Below are positions 48,696 through 60,600 of a stretch of DNA of 64,000 bases, piece after piece. The position numbers were made by a program, and so were the translations under genes. Source of the stretch: Podarcis filfolensis (taxonomy: Eukaryota); the NCBI GenBank assembly GCA_964270895.1, contig OZ185439.1; one strand, written 5' to 3'. Numbering within the stretch: the first letter of the stretch is position 1; every line of letters begins with the position of its first letter. The notes beneath the pieces are model-generated. The model was not told where the DNA came from. It worked only from the letters and a program-made list of their open reading frames with translations, and did no database searches.

Positions 48696-51600
48696 CATGC
48701 ATGTATGTCTTGCAATCTTCTTCTTCTCGTACTGTCTCCTCAGTTGGGAAGGCCTTTTTTGTTGTCCCAGCATGGGCACTGGTTAAGCTCAGCAGCAATT
48801 ACATGGACATGCCTAGCAGTTTTTGTATTGCCTGGTGGCTTCAAACTAGACATAAACTGAAACAAAGCACAAATCTTGTCAGGGATGCATCAGGCCCCCA
48901 CTTACGTAAGGGGCTGTGCCGCCGTGGTTAGGAGTGGTCTCAAGGTCCCCCCCCCAAATCAATTAATTGGTTAAAAGCAAGGCAATTTAATCAGCTATTT
49001 AACCACTCAGTATAAATAAATACAGTATCTTAATGCAGGAAATATTTTTGGAGATGTTTAACACAGCACCACTTTACTAAATAGGTAAATCATTAACTGT
49101 CTAGCAAATCATCTTAAGCTGTTGGCCCTGGTCCAAACAGCAGCTTCTGATATGGTGCATCTATGCAGGGTGTGGAGGGGTGGCTGCTGTTCGGGGGGGG
49201 GGGGGAATTAACAGCTCAATAGCTTTTCCCATGTGCTTCTGAGAATTGAAACCCTTGTGTAAATCAATAGGAGGACATAGATGTCAAAGGGACCTTTCAC
49301 ACTCTTTCCAATTAAGAGTGGCGTTTTATTTGCAATGAATTAATCACACTAGTTGATTAATATTCTCAGTTCTAATTGCTGCTGATGCCTTTGGCCCTTT
49401 GATAAAGTGGGACACTTTATAATGGTGATATAAGGGCAGACTGAAATCTAGATTTCCCTGGAGAAACATAGGATAATGTCTGCTTTCAAGATCTCCTATT
49501 CCATCACCATGCCGTCTCTTTCCACTGTGAACCCTTTGGCTTGTGCCTTGGCAGGTCAGGAGGAGACAAGCTGCTTCCCACGCCCTCAGTGTCCCCAGGA
49601 GTGCACTTGCCTAGACACTGTTGTTCGCTGCAGCAACAAGCACCTGAAATCCCTCCCCAAAGGGATCCCCAAGAACGTCACAGAGCTGTGAGTAATGCTG
49701 CCTGGGCCCTTCTGTTAATGCTGCATCTGGGAAGAAGGGGCAATGTGGGCACTGGCAAGTCGCACCCATGGATGAAGAGGCTGGGAACAGCCTAGTGAGG
49801 GGCATGCAGCTTTATACCTTGCACTGTTCTGCAGATCATCCTCAAAAGCTAAACACTGATCCAGTGCATGCCACATTCTCTGTGGGTTCAAAACTGGATG
49901 CCACTGAACTCTGAAGGGATTTTTTATTTAGGGGAATGAGTTCTGTGGCAGGTGGAAGGGGCCTGTAGTACTGTTATATTACTCTGCAGCGTTAATGAAT
50001 CCAGAATCAAACATCTGGAAAACTGGAAGAAAGCAAGGCAGCCTGAGACAAACATAGTTTCAGATTTAGGAGAGCATGTATGCCACCCTGTTGGAAATAC
50101 AGGCGTGAAACACAGGCATTTGCACTTACAAGATAACTCTGATGGTTCTCCCTTAGCTGGCACCATTAACAGAGGAGCAGTGACAGTGCTTATCACTAGT
50201 TATAGCTTCTAGGTTTAGAGTCCTTTGAACACCATTGTTGGAAGTTTAACAGTCCTCTCCTGAATTGCTGCTGTGACCTCTGATGCATCCATCATTGTCC
50301 TTGCAGCTACTTGGATGGCAACCAATTCACCCTGGTTCCTGGACAGCTCTCCACCTTCCGTTACCTACAGCTGGTGTAAGTATCTGAGAAGAAGTGGCCT
50401 CGTATGGGTCCCCGAGAGCTTGCCATAGTCTTTTTTCAGAGAGGCAGGAGATGGGCTGTGGGCTGTGGCCTTTTCTCAGACATTTGTGCAGCATGTCTGT
50501 GGAAATTTTTAGACCAGGCCTAGGTAGGGAGTGGTGCAACTCATACCTCAGTGGACGCTGATCAGCTGATTTGGCTCACATGGTATCAGCCTTTGACCAG
50601 TACAGAGGGGCTGGTTGGAGGTACAGGAGATCTTTGTGGAATCAGGTGACCATTCTGTTTTCAGAATAAAGAGAATAAAGCAGATGCAGAAAGGCCGAGT
50701 GGCACCCAGATGTTGTATCTCCCACCTGGTTCTTCCATCAAAATGCAAAAAAAAAAAAAGCCTTTTCGTTAAAACACACACATACCATAGAGCTATATGG
50801 AAGCAGAGAAGCTTCTGAAAAACAACAACAAGAGGGTGGTCAAAGAGGCTAGCATGAAGGATAAGAAATAATTTTTGCCTAAGGGAGAATTTGAGGGGAG
50901 GCATAGGACCCATTCTGAATTACATAAAATTATGCTTAACATATTAGCTTGTACAGCTGAAGAGGAGGTGAGAGGTTTAAGGCAAGAAAATTAACTATTA
51001 AATGTTTTTAGATTTTAGCTGCCCTGGTTATGGGGTCAGATTCCCAAAAGAGGCTAAAATGCAAATGCTGTGCAACTAAAAAAGCTGGATTCTCTTGAGC
51101 AAGGTGCAGTTAACTCAGCTCAGGATATTGGGTGAAGTAAATAATTCTAAAAACGCCAACTAGTCCATCAGACTTGGGATTTGGAGTTCATCCATCTCTC
51201 TATTTACTTTGGTTTCCCTGGACATTAGAATAGCTTTGCTTTTCTGCTAAGGCACTGTGAGTCCTTTAGGAACTGATTTCAGTTCCCAAAGAGGTAGATT
51301 ACCCTTCTGGCATCTGTCTCATATGTGGTTCCTGGAATTTTCTGCATGATATAGCCCTTTCCCCTACCCCATTGACCCCACCTCACTGACTTTTCATCTC
51401 AACTGTTTGTTTATTGCCTGCCTAAGGAATTCCAAAGGACCCTTCCCAGTTTATTTTATGTGCTGGCTGTTGAAATGCAGCTGAGTCTAAGTCTTAAGCA
51501 CACTGACTCCAAGATTCACTCCATGCTCTGCAGGTCATCTTGTGGCTTTTCCTGGCCTTCAGAGCATGTGCACTGTTAGATTTCCTTCTTCCTACATGAT

Positions 51601-54600
51601 ACAGTTTATCAAGACTCCTTTCTAGCAGCACCAGACAGAGAAGAGTTTAGAAGAATTAGCTGACATCATGCAGTCATCAGCCCAGAGCTGTTGCCAAAGG
51701 AGAAGGCAGATTTGAAGGTGCCACCAGGGCTGCATCTGCTGGATGTTCAGTCTGTGGAGCCACTGTTCACATGAGAGTTTCCTTAGATATGCAAAAGACT
51801 GTAGAGTTTGAATGCAGAAATCTGGGAAGGACAGATTCGTTCTATCCCTATTTTCTCCAATGGAAATAGGGACATCCCATTCCATAATGATTATTTTACT
51901 ATTTTTACCCCACACATCTTATTGGGTTGCCCCAGCACTCTGGGCAGCTTCCAACATACATAAAATCATAATAAAACATTAATTTTTTTTTTTAAACTTC
52001 CCTGTACAGGATTGCCTTCCAGTGGCTTGGGGGTTGGATAACGCCATATACCCTCCAACATTTCTCCAGTGAAAATAGGGATATCCTAAGGAAAAGCAGG
52101 ATTCTGAGATCAAATCAGAAACCAGGACGGCTTCTCTAAATCAGGGACTTCCCTGGAAAGTAGGGACACTTGGAGGGTCTGTTCTATAGGAAGAGAGAGT
52201 TAAATGTGGTGTGAGCTTGCACAGTGCTTTTGTCTTACAGGGATCTGAGCAACAACAAGATCAGCTCTCTCAGCAACTCATCCTTCACCAATATGAGCCA
52301 GCTCACCACTCTGTGAGTGCCCAATACAGCATTTGACCAGCAGATCAGAAAGGGAGGATGTCCTACTGCCTCCAGCAAAAAGAGGCCTCCTCTACAGGGA
52401 GAGAAATGCCTTTTTAAATGACTGATGTTACAGTATACTGGCTTATACTGTGCAAAGCAGGGTAGAAATGCCATTGATCCCTGGGGTCTACTGCCTGGCC
52501 AAAGAGAACATCAATTGATGGGGTGTCGGTTTCTGGTTCCAACTAACTAAACAGGAATGCATGCCTCCTGCAGTTCATTCTTGTCTACAAGGTGTTCTGT
52601 GACAACAACTACTTATAATCAGGAATTTGCTTAAATCCATGTGACCCATACACATGTACTCGTCTGTTCCCATTCTGATATTAGCTTATAAATCCTAAAG
52701 CTGCTACATCATCATAAACGTTAGGTTAGGAGGTTTCTTTCTGTTCTATTGACTGTGGTGTTCAGTTTCTGAGTTCCAAGCTTAAGGGTCAACCAGAAGG
52801 GCTGGAAACTTATTTTCATTTAAAAGACAAATGTAGGACTGAACGCCTCAGTCAATAAATACAATTAAATTGTTTTCTGGCAGCCAGAGCCTTGAAATTA
52901 CAGGATTTTAGTGGGATTTCAGTCATCCCAATTGAAAGGGGGCTGGTGACACATATTGTTGATTGATAATATATTTAAAATCATCTTAGCAGTACATAGA
53001 ATGTCACTGCTATTTAACTGAAAGACACCTAGCCATTAAAAAAAAAAAGTTGAACTGAATAGTTGAACTGAGTTGAATAGAAGTAATGTAGAAAGTAAAA
53101 ATCCTTCATTGGCCAGCAGACCCTATTATTTTCTGTGTTGCCATCAAAGTTGCAATTTTAGACTCGTGCCAACTATTTGACGAATCTGGAGAGAGTATGA
53201 ACTTCATGGGTTGTTAGCATCGTCATTGAGTGGAATCCAACCATACCCCAAGAACACACTGTGCCCCAGTTTATGTGAGTTGCCCGTTAGAGAATCTTGA
53301 AAGAAACAATGGCTTGGCTCCTAAGGTGTGCTAACTTAGGGAACTTCACAGAAGGAAATTTTCCTGTCCCCCCCCCCACTGTGCCCTGCAAAAAGCCTGT
53401 CGTAGGATTGGTGGGTGTACCTCCTGAACAATGGGGGTTTGGGCACAGTGGTTTGCTGGGGGCAGAAAGGCCAGGAGGGTTTCCTTCTGTGAATTTTCAT
53501 AGCTTACCTTAGGATCTGAGTCCAATTTTAGGGAGACCCCTCACCCCACCTGCAGGAGAAGCGTTTTTGATGGGCACAGGGAGCAGGAGGGATGAAACTT
53601 TCCTTCCTTTAACTAATATGGGGCTGGGGGAGGGATATCAGACAGTATGTGGGCTGGGTTTTTTTTTAAGGAATGTGTGATGATTCAAACTCTTCCTTCT
53701 CTTCCCCATCCCTCAGGATCCTCAGCTACAATGCCCTGCAGTGTATCCCTCCCCTGGCCTTTGAGGGTCTCCGTTCACTACGGCTGCTGTAGGTACCTTG
53801 TATTCATGTATTCCCCTATGCCCCTGTTCAAGGAGAATCCCCTCACTGGAGTCTGACTTTGGCCTAACTGTTCCTTAAACTGTTACTTTAAGAAGTGAGC
53901 AGCCAGGCAATTGGTAGTGGAGGGAGAATAATGGGCTGAGGGACCCTCCACTTGCTTAGTTTGTGTGTGTTATGTGTCATATGGACATTCATTTTGCTTT
54001 CCTTGTTTCCTTGGACAGTTAAGACTCAGCCACACATCATCTGGGCATAGAGCAGGCAGTCTATCATAAGTCTGCGGGTTCGTAATCCAGTGCTTGACAT
54101 ATGATGCAGATGATATAGGGGGGAGGAGTCTAAAAACCCCAATTCCTGACTTCCCTGGTTTTAGGCAGATCATGCTCCCCTAACCTTCTTAAAGGGTCCA
54201 TCACAACAAGTAAGACAGGTGGGTCCCACGGTCCAGGACACTGAGAATGCTACTTGTGTTTTGTGCCCAGGTCCCTCCATGGAAATGATATTGCTACACT
54301 TCCTGAGGGGATATTTGCTGATGTCATCTCCCTATCTCACCTGTGAGTATTTGCATCAGTTTGAACACCCATTCTTTCCTCTTGCATGAGAATCCCAGCT
54401 TGGCACTACTACCTGATGCTCTGTGGGACAGTACTTGGAAGGCAAAAGCTAGAAAGCACCCTTTGTTTCCCGTTGTTTATCCACCAGGTCAGAGAATGAT
54501 GCTAGGCTGGGGTAAAGCCTATTTTCATTTTGGTGTGATGGCTGCCTTGGCTGACATGATGGCAGACGTTGTGTGCTCTGTATGCTGAACAGCAGCAGGA

Positions 54601-57600
54601 ACTGGTCTGGTTCTGCTTTCTTGCAATGTTGCTGAAGTTCCTCCTGGCACCTTTTATCAGGAGGCAGCAACCAAGCTTGCAGTCCTGTAGTTTGCACCTC
54701 TTAAGTAAGGCAAAGGAGTTAGCATGCGTGCGCGCACACACACACACACCAGGCTGTACTGGTTCTTAATGTCCAGTTGTCTGTTGGTGGGGTGGGGGAA
54801 GTAAGTTGGGGAGGAAGTTGTGTTGTGCCTCTTGTCTTCTACTACACTTCAGAATAATGCAGGAGAAACCAGTGTAGACCAGCACCCCAATGCTCAGAAC
54901 TATAAAACACTGCAACAGACTCTACCTGGGTTAGAGTCTAAGGAGAAGGATGGGGAAAGGTACATTTGGGGGAAGACTGGGGTATGTTTTTTGTTTAGGG
55001 TTTTTTCCCCCAGCAGGACCCTCAGCCTGCAGAGCAATTTCAGCCTTCAGAGTAAATTGTTTCTCAATTTACATACATCTGAAAAGATTTTAGCTATGCT
55101 AATAAGCAGCACCTCCAGGAAAGGCGGCAACCCTAGGGACTACCTCTATGTGTCTTCATCACTCAGCACCCGCACCCTGAAGTGATGAGTGGTGCCAACA
55201 CCCTGCATTTCGGTGGCCGCAATTTGCACATTTAGCTGCATCTTATTGAGTGATGTCGTCAGGAACTGAGATAGCAAGTTGCAAGCCAGCATGTGTGAAT
55301 CATACCTTTAAGAACATTATGAAGAAAGAGAGAGACCACCTCAGATTGCAGCTATGTTGCTCTATGAGGGCAGTTTCAGAGTCTGAAAATAGAAACCTTA
55401 CTTATTAATCAGTTCCAGGGCCACTAGAGGCAGCCAGAGAGATCAAATGCAATGAATGACAGCCCCCCCTCCAGACCTTAAGGAGTTATGTAGAGATTCT
55501 GGTTCTCCCTGCTTCACAGAGCCATCGGTGCCAACCCACTGCACTGTGATTGCCACATGCGCTGGCTCTCAGGCTGGGTCAAAACTGGCTATAAGGAGCC
55601 TGGCATTGCCCGCTGTGCTGGCCCTGCGGATATGGAGGGTAAACTGCTGCTCACCACTCCTGCCAAGAAGTTTGAGTGCCTAGGTAAGTGCATAAATACT
55701 TTATAGGATACTTTATTCATTTTGCAGAGCAGCTTTGTCCAAACAATGGCTCTTTCTGGTCCACCCTACCCTGCCCAGTTGCTCTTTGGCCCTCTTCCCT
55801 TTCCCAACCAAACTGGGACCGAGGTTGAGGCACCTTAGCTCCAAGGCAGGTCAGGTGAACAGTTTGGGTAACTCCAAGTACTATAGGGCTTGGGCCTGTT
55901 GGTTGAGCATGAGGCACATAGTGAGGGAGCATGAGGGTTGTTAATGTGCGAGGAGGGGGGAGATGAAAGGAAGGGCTTTATGCTAGTGATTGGAACTGTG
56001 GTGAGGCTTGTGCAACTTCTGTGTTGCACCACATTGCCCACACATGTGCTACTCCTATCATGTTTGGTCCATAGTGTTGAGAAGGTAAGATGAGTGTCTT
56101 GGTGAAGGAAGACCTGGAGGAAGGACACAGGCTGGAGGCTATGTTGCCTCCTCCTTCCATAGCCTTCTCATCCAGCTAAGTCACTAGAGACAAATCCATC
56201 CTAGCTGACGTGGTAAGAGTGTCTATATAGGAGCACTCCAACTGTTTGCATCTTCCAGCCTGTTCCTGGCCTCTCCATATGGCAAACTCCATTGGGCTGT
56301 TTGTTCATCGTCCAAAGGTCTTTCCCATCAGTTGCCACCCAGCCCCCCTTTTTAAAAACTGGAGGAGCCAGGGATTGAACCTAGGAAATTCTGCATGCAA
56401 CGCATGTGTCCCAGCACTGAGCTACAGGGCCTACTATTTAAAGAAGAAAAACAAGTAAGCACAACCTGGCTTTGTGCCACAGAGTGGGGTGGGCAGGCTC
56501 TCCTTTCAGAACTCCTCCAGCTGTTAATATATATTCAGCTCCACCATTAATCCGTTTGCGATCTCCTCTATGTTTCTGGCAAGTGCCTTGCAAAAGATTC
56601 TGGCCAAGAAGGGGGGCAGTCTTCACAGGAGGATGTGTGGAAATCCTCCCTCCCGTTCAGTGATTCTTTGGCTCTGACCCCAATTCCTAGTTGTCTGGTT
56701 TCTTTCATCTATGCAGGGCCTCCTCCCCTCATCATCCAGGCCAAGTGTAACCCCTGCCTCTGCAGTCCCTGTCAAAATAGGGGCACATGTCAACAAGACC
56801 CTTTGGACTCCTACCGCTGTATCTGCCCCAGTGGTTACAAGGTGAGAAGAGGGATGGGGAGGAGGAGAGGGGTGACTAGGGAGGGAGAAGAGATCATTGA
56901 CAAAGGGAAGGATTGGGCTTTCTCCCTGCTTTGGGGACCATAGCCTCTGACAGCTTGTGTCAACCAAAAGAAAAAGGCTCAGAGAAGGACCAAGACATGG
57001 TGGAAGGAAGCCATTCTCCAGTTTGACAACCAGCCTAGTTTATCACTGCCATCAGGAATGGGCGAGATACACTCTCAGTCCCTACTGATTGTACCTAGAG
57101 CTGCCACTATTTCTGGGGGTGGGAGTGGGGAATGTGGAACTGGCTGTTTCATCTGAACGTTCGCCAGATGTTTTGCACTAGCGTGCCCATTGTCCCTGAT
57201 CATGATGGAAACTGAACTTCAAAACTTACAGAGGACGCTTGGTTGGGAAGGCAGCTCTTGACTAATAAAGGAAATCCTGGTGGCGAAAACAAGCAAACCC
57301 AAAAAGGACAGCCTGCATTATGTATAGGCAGCAATTCCTATTATTATTATTATTTTGTTCTTTTATGGCTGATGAGCAAGGACCTGAGACTGAGAAACCT
57401 CACGTCCTGGCCAGAGCTTTATAATTTGTTCCTTGTATTGTGGCTGCTACTTCTCCTTGTCTTATTCCAGGGCCAAAACTGTGAACTCTCTGTGGATGGT
57501 TGCTCCAGCAGGCCCTGTGAGAATGGTGGGACCTGCCTGTCTCACGAAGGCAGTGAAGCCAGCTTCACGTGAGTGGCTGCTCAGGTTCTCAAATGGGGGG

Positions 57601-60600
57601 AAATGGTAGAGATTTCGGTAGGGACTTTGGGGAAGAGTTTAGGGCAGGAATTAGAAGAAAGCAAAAGGAAGAGCTTGGGGCATGACAAGGAGAATAAAGA
57701 GAGCAGGTCTCCCTAAGAAAGAGGAACCTGATGGGGCTTGAAAGGAGAAAATAGGGGGAAGGGGAGTGGGGGTTGGCCGGCTGATGGGCTTGAGAGAGTT
57801 TCATACCTTGTTCTGTGAGGCTTTGGTGGTATGTGGTGGAGATGAGAGCACCTCTTCAGCAGTAAAAAAAGGGGAGAGGAGGAGGATGAGATGTGGGAGT
57901 CCACAGGGATGTTACTGGGCAGAGAGAGATGAGGTCTCTTTGATATCCAAAGGATTCCTAATTGGTAAGGCAAAAAGCATCACCTTTTATGCTTACCTTG
58001 GGCTTAAAAATTAGCATAAAAGCAAAGAAGGCAAAACCTGTTTTCCTGGCAGTGAATGAGTGTAAAGAAATTAAAATGGTGTCTAAGATGTTTGCAAAAT
58101 GGCTTCTTATAATGCATCTTAATCTGCTGTTTATGTGAGTTGGAGAAAAGAGATTAACGTTATCTTTTGGACTCTGCAGACAAGAGCCTCAGGCGATCAA
58201 AACTTCTTGATTAGTAATCGTGAGAGTGATATTTTGGTGGCCATATCCTTGTTTATGGTGCTCTTTCGTTTACTTCTAAATTTACAAATTATAAGGGAGG
58301 AATGGCAGAGATTTACAGTGAAAGGAGACAATGAATTTGCCGGGGGCTTTTGCAGCTCAGCTTGCTTGGAACATGTGAGCTTGGCTTTCTGTAATGGAGT
58401 CTCTCTTGAGGCCTCTCCAGACTAAAACCAACGTCCTTCTGAGGTGCAGGCCATCATAACAAAAGCTGGATGTTTTTAGGGGTGCTTTGTAACAGATTTG
58501 GGGGAAAGATTTGGGAAGCATTCTGTTGATACTGTGCAAAAAGGCACTCTTTACCCTCCACCAAGATTGTCCACCAACACAATCACTAATCCTGGAAGCC
58601 GTAGTCAGTTGCTTTCTGTAAAAATGGGTTGGGACCCAGCAGGGGAAACCTTTTAAGACGTTTACAGCCTCTTGGGGAGCTATAGCTCTGGTTTGCAGTT
58701 GGACCTCAATGCACAGGACTCCTCCCCACTTCACTCTCCAGAGTACAGTGTGGGTGGCTTTCTGGGAAACAGACCATAATTAGTGGCTGAAAATAAACCA
58801 CAGGCAGTAGAGAGAGAATGGGGCCCTAGCCCTTTCTGTGTACCCAAATTGCCAAGATGCTAAATGGCCTCTCATCCCGTCACCATAACAACCCAGCATC
58901 TTCAAAGCCAGCACATAATGTCCTTTGGGGGTTGACAAAGCTGTTTGCCTGCACATGCCAGACTAGATTCTGCCTTTGGGGAAAGGTAGTAGGCACGGAG
59001 ATGAGCCCTCTAGGAAAGGATATCAGGACCCTCAGCCTGCAGAGCAATTCAATATGCCAGAGACGGAAGGTCATCAGTTCTTCCACCTCTGCTTCCTCTT
59101 CCAGCTAAATAGGCTACAGGCAGTATAAATGGAAATGACAGCATATGCAGCACACACTCACCTGTGCTTTTAGTACAACAACCCCCCCCAACACGCAAAT
59201 ATATGTGAATTCAATGCGTCCCTTTCCTGATGTGTGCACAGATGTGACATGGTCATGTAAATGAATCTCAAGTTCAGACCCACGCAGTACACAACCAGGC
59301 ATATGCATGCATACATAGCACCACATGCATTATGTGCATAGAACTGTAGATACAGCACACACACTGATCTAGCTTGGGCATGGAAATGCAGCCATAGGTA
59401 TAGCTTTGAAAATTGATTTTATTTGCCTGTTTGCTGGTTTAAATTTTATTTAAAATAGTTGTATACTGCCCTTCATGAAAATGGATTTCAGGGTGGTTTA
59501 TATAAAAAAATTCAACAACCAGAGAAAAATACAGTAAACACACCCGAAACCACTGCTGAGTAGCAAGAAACAGTTAAGTGACAATACTTAAACAAACATT
59601 TAGGCTCATTTAACCTTGAGTCTCATATCCTCATAGCCTTCTTTTCTTGCCCATCCCAAGGGTCCTCTTTTCTTCTTCTTCTTTAACCCCCCTGCCTGTT
59701 CCACTACTCAACTTAAAGCCCCTCCAAGTCATAGCTGTCAACTTTTCCCTTTTCTTGCGAGGAATCCTATTCGGAATAAGGGAATTTCCCTTTAAAAAAG
59801 GGAAATGTTGACAGCTATGCTCCAAGTGTGTCTGCCCCAGAACTCTCCTGGAAACAATAATCTCTTTAACCCCTTCTATGCCGAGTGGCCTCCAAAGTGG
59901 ATCCATCTACATCCCGCCAATCAGAGATGAAAGTGTCTCAGGTTCGAGACAGTGCAATATTCAGAACCATTGGCGGAGCATTGAATGTTCTTCTAGCAAA
60001 GCCCTGACTTCCTTTCGCTCTTCTTTGGGCTCTTTTCGAGAATGATAAAGAAAAACCACCCACAAAACCCCTGAAATGCCCCAAAGCGAGCAGCTTCTAA
60101 CCTCTCAGTTTGTTAAACAACCCTCATTTCCCTCTCGACAGGTGTTCCTGCGTGGATGGATTTGAAGGTCCAACCTGCAGCCTAAGGACCAACAACTGCA
60201 ACAATAACAATTGCAAGAACGGTGCCACATGCATTAATGGATCCAGCAATTACACATGCTTATGCCTTCCGTTCTTCACAGGTAGGGCCAGGCTTGTAAT
60301 GGAGGCGGATGCACTTGAAGATAAGCAGAAGAGAGCTAAGGTAGCAAAGCACAAACTTCTAAGCTGGTCAGTGCCAGAGGCAGGTTTATCCTAAGGATCT
60401 GACTACAGTGCCCAACATTTACTTTTTTTAGTTTAGTGGAAGCACCTCTCCTCCACCAATACCTGAAGATACCCTGATGCATTTTTTTTTTAACTAACTC
60501 TAGCTTCCCAAGTAGCAGTTCCCCCTTCCCTGCCAGGTTATTATCTAGCCCGTGAACAATAGTGTCTTTCCCTGAACAATAGAAGGAGATCCACCTATAC

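Noticed and set aside
53789-53798. Alternative donor 4 nt downstream of the exon 24 donor (GTAG|GTACCT)
   Set aside because: It would shift the frame; there is no evidence of use, and such overlapping GTs are common.
55428-55445. CTCF site CCACTAGAGGCAGC
   Set aside because: One base short between the AG and GGC core positions, so a poor consensus match.
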